This document shows positions 18,091 to 25,498 of a DNA stretch of 32,000 nt, piece by piece. The translations under genes and the position numbers were made by a program. Position 1 is the first letter of the stretch. Each line of letters begins with the position of its first letter. The notes under the pieces are model-generated. The model was not told the DNA's origin. It saw only the letters and a list, made by a program, of their open reading frames with translations, and searched no databases. This stretch comes from Halogeometricum borinquense DSM 11551 (GTDB taxonomy: Archaea > Halobacteriota > Halobacteria > Halobacteriales > Haloferacaceae): positions 120,001 to 152,000 of the forward strand of contig NC_014735.1 in assembly GCF_000172995.2 (NCBI RefSeq), read 5' to 3'.

Positions 18091-18960
18091 ATGGCAACAC
18101 ACACAGAACAGACGCAGACGACACAGACGAGCGCGCTCTCGTCACTCTTCGAGAGCGACTTTTTCGTCCACGTGGCACTGTTTGGGTCGATCATTCTCGT
18201 CGGACTGCCACTCATCCTCGCCGTCATCATGAGCACGCAGTCAACGAACGAGATCTATCAGGTGACGAACCTCGGAATCGGGAGCGCCAAACTATCGAAC
18301 TACGAGACAGCGCTGACCGAGTACAACCTCCTGCAGTACATGGTAAACTCGTTTGTCATGTCTGTGACCATCGTCATCGGGAAAGTGGCGCTGTCGTTAC
18401 TCGCCGCGCTCGCACTGGTGTACTACCGCTTCCCGTTCGAACGGGCGGTCTTCGGATTCATCCTCCTGACGCTATTGGTTCCGGTGCCGGTTCGTATCGT
18501 CCCCCTGTTCCAACTCATGGCTGACCTCGGATGGGCAGATTCCTTGATTGCGATAACGGGTCCATACATTGCAAGCGCGACGGCTGTCTTCCTCTTCCGT
18601 CAGCACTTCATGTCCATCCCCGAGTCGCTGGTTGAGAACGCTCGCCTCGACGGCGTCGGCCCGCTGACCTTCCTCGTGCAAGTCCTGATTCCGATGTCGA
18701 AAGGGATGATTGCGGGTGTCTCGGTTATCACGTTCATCTACGCGTGGAACCAGTACCTCTGGCCGCTCATCGTCATCAGCGACCAGTCCAAACAGGTCAT
18801 CCAAGTCGGGATCAAGTTCCTCCAAGGCGCGAGTCAGTCGGGGCTGACACAGTGGGGGCTCATCATGGCTGGTGCAGTTATCGCACTGATTCCGCCCCTC
18901 GCCGTCCTCCTCGTCCTCCACCGACCGCTGCTCGAAACGTTCGCAATTCAACAGAAGTGA
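18091..18960 (+). CDS. ABC transporter permease (UgpE/MalG-like)
   Basis: 289 aa, 6 TM. EAA loop: ENARLDGVGPLTFLVQVLIPMSKG. The start is 3 nt after the preceding stop. Confidence 0.9.
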   Translation: MATHTEQTQTTQTSALSSLFESDFFVHVALFGSIILVGLPLILAVIMSTQSTNEIYQVTNLGIGSAKLSNYETALTEYNLLQYMVNSFVMSVTIVIGKVALSLLAALALVYYRFPFERAVFGFILLTLLVPVPVRIVPLFQLMADLGWADSLIAITGPYIASATAVFLFRQHFMSIPESLVENARLDGVGPLTFLVQVLIPMSKGMIAGVSVITFIYAWNQYLWPLIVISDQSKQVIQVGIKFLQGASQSGLTQWGLIMAGAVIALIPPLAVLLVLHRPLLETFAIQQK

Positions 18961-18965
18961 TACAG

Positions 18966-20117
18966 ATGACACACATAGAACTCGATACGCTCACGAAGTA
19001 CTTCGGAGACGTGGAAGCCGTCAAGGGAATCGACCTCGCAGTCCAAGAAGGCGAGTTTCTCGTCTTGGTCGGCCCATCCGGTTGCGGGAAATCGACGACG
19101 CTTCGGATGATCGCCGGTCTCGAATCCATCACCGAGGGAACCCTCTCGTTCGGTGAAACGGTCGTCAACGACCTCCCGCCGCACGAACGAGACGTTGCGA
19201 TGGTGTTCCAGAACTACGCGCTCTACCCGCATATGACTGCCGCCGAAAACATGACGTTCGGGCTGGATTCGACCGGTCTGTTCCGAAACTCGGGCGACGA
19301 CGAACGCGTCCGAGACGTTGCCGAAACGCTCGGCATCACCGACTTACTGGACCGAAAACCGAAGGAGTTGTCGGGCGGAGAACGTCAGCGCGTTGCCATC
19401 GGGCGGGCATTACTCAGAGAACCCGAGGTGTTCCTGTTGGACGAGCCGCTCTCCAACCTCGACGCCAAACTCCGCGTGGAAATGCGGGCGGAACTCCTCG
19501 AAATTCACCGCGAACTGCAAACGACCACTGTCTACGTGACGCACGACCAGACGGAGGCGATGACGCTCGGTGACCGCGTCGCCGTATTGAACGACGGCCA
19601 GGTCGAACAGGTTGATCCGCCGCAGTTGCTGTACGACTATCCCGCAACACGCTTCGTCGCAGAGTTCATCGGGAGTCCAGCGATGAACATCGTCCCCGCT
19701 GAAATCGTCTCTGGGAAGGGTGAAAACGGCGCAATCGCCCGATGTGATGGGTTCAACGTTCCTCTGCCAGACGCACCGGGCCTCGACAACCTCGTGGGAT
19801 CACAGGCGTCACTCGGCGTCCGCCCGGAAGACATCTCGCTCGCAGAGAATCTACCGACACAGACAGCCACGTTCGATGTGACGGCGACTGTGACTGAACC
19901 GCTCGGCGAATCGCTTCTCGTCCACTGTACGTCGGGCGACAGACAACTCTTGGTCAAAGCCGAACCGCGAAGTTCGATTTCCGCCGGAGACGTGATCGAA
20001 GTCGGCGTAGACGAAGACCGACTCCATCTGTTTGACGAAGATGGCGACGCAGTCTATCACTCCGCTCCCCGTGCGGAACAAACCGAGCAGAAAGCACCGC
20101 CGTCGCAGGCACAGTAA
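18966..20117 (+). CDS. ABC transporter ATP-binding protein (MalK/UgpC type)
   Basis: ATG at 18966 gives MTHIELDTLTKYFG.... It has Walker A (GPSGCGKST), the Q-loop, the signature LSGGERQRVA, Walker B (FLLDEPLS), the H-loop (VTHDQ) and a C-terminal regulatory TOBE-like domain. The track start at 18744 overlaps the permease and is rejected. Confidence 0.95.
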   Translation: MTHIELDTLTKYFGDVEAVKGIDLAVQEGEFLVLVGPSGCGKSTTLRMIAGLESITEGTLSFGETVVNDLPPHERDVAMVFQNYALYPHMTAAENMTFGLDSTGLFRNSGDDERVRDVAETLGITDLLDRKPKELSGGERQRVAIGRALLREPEVFLLDEPLSNLDAKLRVEMRAELLEIHRELQTTTVYVTHDQTEAMTLGDRVAVLNDGQVEQVDPPQLLYDYPATRFVAEFIGSPAMNIVPAEIVSGKGENGAIARCDGFNVPLPDAPGLDNLVGSQASLGVRPEDISLAENLPTQTATFDVTATVTEPLGESLLVHCTSGDRQLLVKAEPRSSISAGDVIEVGVDEDRLHLFDEDGDAVYHSAPRAEQTEQKAPPSQAQ

Positions 20118-20167
20118 CCACACGTCAGTAACCACACGTCAGTAACCACACGTCAGTAACCACACGT
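20112..20167. repeat. Perfect 14-bp tandem repeat x4 (CAGTAACCACACGT) starting in the last sense codon and stop codon of the ABC ATPase
   Basis: Four identical copies at 20112-20125, 20126-20139, 20140-20153 and 20154-20167. The first copy supplies the codons CAG TAA (Gln, stop). Confidence 0.95.
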
Positions 20168-20235
20168 TCACATCACTCTGCGCAGGGCCACACCGGGCTG
20201 TACGGAATCACATCACTTTAGGAGAAGAGACTCAG

Positions 20236-20931
20236 CTACTTTCGTCGGTCCCGTCCGGTGAACGTCCGTTGGCCGGCCATGGGCATCTCGAACGATTGCA
20301 GAGAGATTCCCTCGGCGTCCACACCGGACTCGCCAAGGAGCCGTCGCAGTTGACTGGGGAGTCCAGCCACACCTGCTGCAGTGACCAAGACGGCGAGGGC
20401 AACGACCGCGGGACCCAGAAAGCGACCGGTGAGCGCCGAGACGGTTCCGACAGCCAGCGCGAGTGCCCCACCAACGGTTCCGAGAACTGATAGCGTCACT
20501 AACAGCGCCTTCCGAACGTTCGTCTGCTCGTTGTACCGAAGCCAGTCGCCGTAACTGACGAGAAGCCACTGTAAGAACGCCTGTTCGGAGAGGTCAGCCG
20601 TGTTTTCGAGTGCATCCGGGCCGACGCCGACCTGATAGCCGGATATTGTGTAGGTGAGTCCGGCCGCCGTCGCCGAGAGAACGAACGAGGCGACGCCCAC
20701 ACCGACAACTGGATTGACCAATGCAGTGACTGTCGCCATATCACTTGCCCCCGCAAACGACAGTGCGGATAGAAGCAGACCGACGAGTGCAATGTTCAGG
20801 CGGAACACAGACAGCGCCTTCGAGTCGATGTCGTCGAGAGTTGATAGTTGTCGTTCGAGCGCTACGCGCGCTTCGTCCCGAGCGATTCGAAGTGTTTCCA
20901 TCTCCGCATCATCTGTCCCGCCATCCGACAT
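20236..20931 (-). CDS. Hypothetical 4-TM membrane protein with a charged helical N-terminus
   Basis: The ATG at 20931 gives MSDGGTDDAEMETLRIARDEARVALERQLSTLDDIDSKALSVFRLNIALVGLLLSAL.... The track start at 21033 is a TTG that overlaps the upstream gene. About four hydrophobic helices. The tail is basic (TFTGRDRRK). Confidence 0.65.
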   Translation of the reverse strand: MSDGGTDDAEMETLRIARDEARVALERQLSTLDDIDSKALSVFRLNIALVGLLLSALSFAGASDMATVTALVNPVVGVGVASFVLSATAAGLTYTISGYQVGVGPDALENTADLSEQAFLQWLLVSYGDWLRYNEQTNVRKALLVTLSVLGTVGGALALAVGTVSALTGRFLGPAVVALAVLVTAAGVAGLPSQLRRLLGESGVDAEGISLQSFEMPMAGQRTFTGRDRRK

Positions 20932-20981
20932 ATCCGTTCGTGGAACCGGAACTTCCCTAACTCCACCGGTCAAACGACTGA

Positions 20982-21788
20982 CTAGACTCTGCGGACCAGA
21001 TGCGCTCGAACAGCGCGCTGACACTCCTCGCAAGCGGCAGCAAGTCGTGAGACTGCCGACAGTACGGGATAATCCGAGGACAGTTCTTGGTAGATGAACG
21101 TCACGAGAAATCGGTGTTTGACCTCAGCTTGGGCCCCGTGAGCCGTTGTCCCGTCGAGAAACGCCTGTCGTTCAGCGGCCAGCCGTTCGCACTCCTCACG
21201 GTGACGGGCGAGCGTTTGGTGGCGGCGGCGGAGAGCGTCGAAGTCAAGCGCCGTCAGCGGCGTCTCGTCCGACTCAGCAATCCATGACGTGATGTCATTC
21301 ACTGTCTCCAATACGGCTTCGAGGATCGCTTCCTCGCGGTGAAGCGCCTTTCTGGTTGCATTCGCTTCTGCAAGTCCAACTTCTGCCTCGGTGATGATGG
21401 CCCGTTTCAGTTCGGGCGTGAGCGACGTTCTCGTCGTAGGAGCAAGCGCGAGGGCGATGTCGTCAGTCAACTCTACCCGAATTGTCTCCATCAACGATTC
21501 CGTGCCGGTCATATCGTCAACGCTGCGCGGGCGGATCGTCTCGTCGAACGCCGTTCGGACCCGTTGGCACCCATCGTCACCCGAACGACTGATACGGGAT
21601 TGCGTTCCGGCCCCGGCCGCGATGCTCGGTGGAGTCGATGTCGGACCTTCGGCCGCCAGATTGGAGACACGGTCGAGGAACGTCTCGAACGCCGACGCCC
21701 GGTCATCCAGTGCGTCTCGTTCGGTTTGGACGCGGTTCCGCGCCTGAGCAACTTCCGTTTGGAGCGCGAGGTCACGTCGTTGATTCAT
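20982..21788 (-). CDS. Hypothetical protein (268 aa): N-terminal coiled-coil-like helix plus a helical C-terminal domain
   Basis: ATG start, 7 nt after the upstream stop. Acidic composition. The heptad-like N-terminus (LALQTEVAQARNRVQTERDALDDRASAFETFLDRV) is followed by a low-complexity linker. I see no catalytic motif. Confidence 0.65.
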   Translation of the reverse strand: MNQRRDLALQTEVAQARNRVQTERDALDDRASAFETFLDRVSNLAAEGPTSTPPSIAAGAGTQSRISRSGDDGCQRVRTAFDETIRPRSVDDMTGTESLMETIRVELTDDIALALAPTTRTSLTPELKRAIITEAEVGLAEANATRKALHREEAILEAVLETVNDITSWIAESDETPLTALDFDALRRRHQTLARHREECERLAAERQAFLDGTTAHGAQAEVKHRFLVTFIYQELSSDYPVLSAVSRLAAACEECQRAVRAHLVRRV

Positions 21789-21795
21789 AGCTACG

Positions 21796-22713
21796 TCACG
21801 CTCCCGAGAGAATCGGAACGTTTGCCGAGTACTCTACGTTCGCGTCCCGTTCGAGAACCAACGTCACCTGCCATCCTGTTTCGACCTCAGCGATGCGGAG
21901 CGCCGAGAGCGACCAATCGAGTTGGCGACGAGAGAGGTCGAGAACGACCGGCAGCACCGGGAGTCGTCCGTCACGGGCAGAGAGCGCATACTCGGAGACT
22001 TCGACGACGACAGAGCGAACCCCCTCGTCGAAATCGATAGACCACGGCGACTGGGTATACGCGCCGAGCAATCCGAGTCGTTGGAGTCGGGCAAACGTCG
22101 CAGCAACCGGATCGTCCGCTGGTTCCGGTGAGGGCAGGCGGGCCGCCGCACGAGAGAGAACGTTCGCCTGTTCTGTCTGTGTTAATTGCGTGTCGAGTTC
22201 GATAGCCATGCTTTCGAGAAGACACAGACAGAGGTCATCTGGGTCGCTCACTGTCTCAGCGAGTTCGAGATACTCGTCCATGACTGCCGTTTCCACGCTC
22301 CGATAGCCGTCATCGCACAGCGTCTCAAAGACGGCCGCTGCGACGGAGTGGCAGAACTCGACCAGTTGCCGATCACCGTCCGGTGTCGGTCCAGAGAGAA
22401 CTGGCTCCGAAAGCGACCATTGCGTCGCGTCCGGTGGCTGTTCTTCCTGGCTGTCAGATTCGATGATCGGTTCGGCGTCTTGGCAGACGATGAGGTCGCG
22501 GTACGGAAGCCGGGAGTCGTACCGCCGGAGCGCCGTGCGATACTGCTCGGCCGCGCGTGCCGCACTCTGTGCGATCACGCGCCGTTCGAACCGCAGTCCA
22601 GAGGTCGGTATCGGCCGCTCCCCCGTACGTCCGCAGACGAGGTAGTAGGAGCCGTTGTCACTGGCCAGCGCTTCGATGTGGTTTCGTAGTTCGATGAGTG
22701 TCGTTCCAACCAT
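21796..22713 (-). CDS. Hypothetical protein (305 aa), first gene of a three-gene operon
   Basis: ATG start and halophile-type acidic composition. No recognisable motif. Confidence 0.65.
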   Translation of the reverse strand: MVGTTLIELRNHIEALASDNGSYYLVCGRTGERPIPTSGLRFERRVIAQSAARAAEQYRTALRRYDSRLPYRDLIVCQDAEPIIESDSQEEQPPDATQWSLSEPVLSGPTPDGDRQLVEFCHSVAAAVFETLCDDGYRSVETAVMDEYLELAETVSDPDDLCLCLLESMAIELDTQLTQTEQANVLSRAAARLPSPEPADDPVAATFARLQRLGLLGAYTQSPWSIDFDEGVRSVVVEVSEYALSARDGRLPVLPVVLDLSRRQLDWSLSALRIAEVETGWQVTLVLERDANVEYSANVPILSGA

Positions 22714-22748
22714 TGCGTTCTATGTACTGTCTTTCCTGTTCGATACGC

Positions 22749-23981
22749 TCAGATCGCACCGTTTACGATGTCAGCGACCCGCTGGCGGTCGAATAGCTGT
22801 TCGCTCTCGGGAATCTCCGGATACGGTTCGCCGTCAGCGTATCCCGGCCACTCACCGAACACCTCGGGGTACACCTGTTTTGCGGTCATCTCTAACTGGA
22901 ACAGGTTCATGATGGGACCCTGATAGCGTGCCCCTTGTGCATACACCCGGTCGTTTTTCACCGCCGCAATTTCGCTTCCGACGGGGCTCGATTCGAGTGC
23001 CTCTCTGACGTCCGAGATGCTGTAACTGGACGACATCGTGAAGAGAACGAGAATGACATCGGGGTCAGCCTCGAGCATGGCCTCGTAGTCGACCTGCGTT
23101 TGTGCGCCCTCGAACGTCACATCAGCGAATGCATCAGTTGCATCGAGTGGGCGGGTATGAGCCGTGAGGAACCCATTCGCGTTGAGCCGATACACCCAGA
23201 ACGTGTCCTCTTTCCCTTCGAACGTGAGTGCGACGGTCGGGCGTTCCTCAGTTGGTGGGAGATTCGATTCGATTGTCGAACGCATCGATTCGTGAACGTC
23301 GCGGAGTGCGTCAGCCCGACTCCCGGCGCGGAACACCTGTGCCACTCGCTCGAATATCTCCCACAGCGAGTAGTACCGATATTCGTCAGCCCACGATTGA
23401 GGCGGGTCACGGCGTTTGTCACTGTAGTAGTTGCCAAACCATGGCCCGATTTTGTCGCTGATTTCGGCGACATCTGCTTCGTCTAACTGCTCCAGCGTCG
23501 AGGCGTAGGCGGGGTCAGTGAGATGAACATCGCTGTCGAGTTCGTAGAACCCTTCCTTGCCGAGGTTCCACGAATCAGTCAGCTTCTCCCACGTCAACGA
23601 AACACCATCCAAGCGGTCATAGAAGTGATTCAGGATCGTTCCGTGGTACTCCGGATAGTAAATCGAGTTGATCGCATCACCGTGACCAGCGGCAACTGCC
23701 ATATCAGCCGTATTCGGGAGCCCGGTGTAGACGTTCTCGGGGACATGATCGAACTCAACGGTCCCGGCCGGCTCCATCGTCACTGAATAGGAATCGTCTT
23801 TCGCAGTTGGTGTCTCGGAGGGGGTTCCCGCTGGCACCGACTGGGAACCATTCTCGCCAGCACAACCCGCGAGAAGGCCACCGCAGAGAACGCTACTGCC
23901 GTACTTCACATATTCACGCCGAGTCGGGCCACCGCTGCCTCGTCTGCTCTCGGGCGGGCGTTCCACGTCGTCTTGCTCCAT
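22749..23981 (-). CDS. ABC-type substrate-binding lipoprotein, siderophore/cobalamin (Peripla_BP_2-like) class; orphan
   Basis: 410 aa. It has a Tat-like RREYVKYGSSVLCGGLLAGCAG signal plus lipobox and a Ser/Thr/Pro linker. Body motifs include DPDVILVLF and VKNDRVYAQG, typical of class III binding proteins. There is no adjacent permease or ATPase. Confidence 0.8.
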   Translation of the reverse strand: MEQDDVERPPESRRGSGGPTRREYVKYGSSVLCGGLLAGCAGENGSQSVPAGTPSETPTAKDDSYSVTMEPAGTVEFDHVPENVYTGLPNTADMAVAAGHGDAINSIYYPEYHGTILNHFYDRLDGVSLTWEKLTDSWNLGKEGFYELDSDVHLTDPAYASTLEQLDEADVAEISDKIGPWFGNYYSDKRRDPPQSWADEYRYYSLWEIFERVAQVFRAGSRADALRDVHESMRSTIESNLPPTEERPTVALTFEGKEDTFWVYRLNANGFLTAHTRPLDATDAFADVTFEGAQTQVDYEAMLEADPDVILVLFTMSSSYSISDVREALESSPVGSEIAAVKNDRVYAQGARYQGPIMNLFQLEMTAKQVYPEVFGEWPGYADGEPYPEIPESEQLFDRQRVADIVNGAI

Positions 23982-24043
23982 AGTTTTAGGCTACCCTAAA
24001 ATGTAATAGCAGTTTCGGTTTTTTGGTTTGCCTAAAACCGGAG

Positions 24044-25066
24044 TCAGTACGGTGCGCCGCACTGCGGACACATCGGGGGACCTGCCTCGGGGAGGGCGAG
24101 CCCACAGTTCGGACATGCACTATCGGGAGAAGTGATTTCATCGACAGCGTCGTCTGTCGTCTCACGAATCGACTGAATGGTACCGACGTCGGATGTGACG
24201 TTGTCTCCTCCACTGAGTGTGGTGTTCTCGTCGTCGTCGAGTGCCGCAACTGCAAAGCGTGCTCGTTCGGCGACGAATGCGTCGTCGTCGGTTTCTAGCG
24301 CGGCGATTTTTGCATTCGGTGGAGACCAGTCCGCAACAGTCGAGCGACCGAGAACACCGAGTGCTTCGGCGGCCCGCCCGCGAACGAATGGACTCTCGTC
24401 GTCCAGTTGTGCTGTGAGTGCCGCACACACTGAAACCAGTGCTTCGGGACACTCACAACCGACGACGGCCGCCGTTGTAACGAGGTGATACCGGACGAGT
24501 TCGCTCTCGTCCGCAAAATGCTCCGAGAGACTCGAAAGTTGATGCCGGAGACGCCCCGGATTTCCTAGCGCGACGTATTCGAGCGCTTTCGCCAGTTTCT
24601 CTTTCACCTCCCGCGCGTCGAACGAGAGTCCGACACGGAGTTCTGCCAGGATTTCGGGCGATGCAACCGCATCCGGGCACTCGAGTGCGACGTAGCCGAG
24701 TGCCTCAGCAGCGCGAGCACGGACGTAGTAGAATTCGTCCTCGTCAGCGAGTCGGGCCGCGAGAGGTGAGACAGCGGATTCTGCGGCAAGAGGTGCGTTC
24801 TCAGCGACGCTGACGAATATTTTGGCGGTTCGCAATCGTATCGAACGCTCGCTATCAGTCAGAAACGACGTAAGGGCTGGAAGGAGTGGGTCGAGCGCGG
24901 ATGGACGGTGTTCGAGAAGTGATCGAATCGTTCGAAGCGCCTCTCTACGTTCGTCCACAGGTACTGACTGGAACCGCTCGACGTACTCAACTGCGTCCTC
25001 GTAAGCGCTCTCGTCAAGTACGTCCGAGAGGTAGTCGGCCGAAAGTGACTGAGTTGAGTCGTCCAT
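24044..25066 (-). CDS. HEAT/PBS-lyase-repeat protein with C-terminal zinc ribbon
   Basis: It carries repeated units of the form R-x-R-A-A-E-A-L-G (VRARAAEALGYVA, VRGRAAEALGVLG, plus IRLRTAKIF). The C-terminus is CPNCGLALPEAGPPMCPQCGAPY. I prefer the ATG at 25066 (MDDSTQSLSADYL...). An upstream ATG at 25117 would add a hydrophobic 17-aa extension. Confidence 0.8.
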   Translation of the reverse strand: MDDSTQSLSADYLSDVLDESAYEDAVEYVERFQSVPVDERREALRTIRSLLEHRPSALDPLLPALTSFLTDSERSIRLRTAKIFVSVAENAPLAAESAVSPLAARLADEDEFYYVRARAAEALGYVALECPDAVASPEILAELRVGLSFDAREVKEKLAKALEYVALGNPGRLRHQLSSLSEHFADESELVRYHLVTTAAVVGCECPEALVSVCAALTAQLDDESPFVRGRAAEALGVLGRSTVADWSPPNAKIAALETDDDAFVAERARFAVAALDDDENTTLSGGDNVTSDVGTIQSIRETTDDAVDEITSPDSACPNCGLALPEAGPPMCPQCGAPY

Positions 25067-25227
25067 TGGAAGGTGAGCGTCTGTACGTGGAATGACACAG
25101 AGCAACCACAAAAACATCGCTCCTCCCTGCGGTCACGTTCGGTCCAGCGACCTGTCAGTCAGCGGTGGCGGAAAACGAGACGCAGAAGATGGGTTTCGGT
25201 GACTGATCGCAGACAGATGTCAGTATA

Positions 25228-25301
25228 TCAGACGAAAAGAGGGGTGTCAAACGAGTTCCAGAGAGATTTCTTCGTAACAGACGAAACGAGGGGGGTGGGG
25301 T
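25228..25301 (+). promoter_or_regulatory. Two ORB (origin recognition box) elements downstream of orc1 and upstream of the HEAT gene
   Basis: TCAGACGAAAAGAGGGGTGT at 25228-25247 and AACAGACGAAACGAGGGGGGTGGGGT at 25276-25301. They share the core and G-string of the array at 27160-27398 and have the same orientation. Confidence 0.75.
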
Positions 25302-25355
25302 AAGATAGTGTAGGATTCAGTTGGGTGAGAGTATGGTCTTGGTGAGATGATAGTC

Positions 25356-25423
25356 GAAGGGAAGGGAAGGGAAGGGAAGGGAAGGGAAGGGAAGGGAAGG
25401 GAAGGGAAGGGAAGGGAAGGGAA
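25356..25423 (+). repeat. Perfect pentanucleotide microsatellite (GAAGG)13 plus GAA
   Basis: 13 uninterrupted GAAGG units at 25356-25420. This produces 12 uninterrupted GGG runs, each separated by AA. The repeat is embedded in a tract (about 25340-25495) that is roughly 90 percent purine on the plus strand. Confidence 0.98.
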
Positions 25424-25498
25424 ATGAGAAAAGAAAGCTGAGCGGAGAAGACAAATGAGGGGGCTAAACAGGAGGGAGGAGACGAGCGACGAGTAGAA

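Noticed and set aside
18744-18965. N-terminal extension of the ABC ATPase ORF (track start 18744)
   Set aside because: It overlaps the last 217 nt of the upstream permease in another frame. The extension is Pro/Arg-rich. The canonical ABC N-terminus (MTHIELDTLTKYFG) starts at the ATG at 18966, 5 nt after the permease stop.
20932-21033. Upstream extension of the 4-TM protein ORF
   Set aside because: It would need a TTG start and would overlap the 3' end of the preceding gene by 52 nt. The ATG at 20931 gives an acidic N-terminus typical of the organism.
24016-24040. CGGTTTT...AAAACCG inverted repeat as an intrinsic terminator for the HEAT gene
   Set aside because: The hairpin is real in the sequence. 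Read on the minus (coding) strand, however, it is not followed by a T-tract, and archaeal termination does not require hairpins. I kept it as an observation only and did not annotate it.
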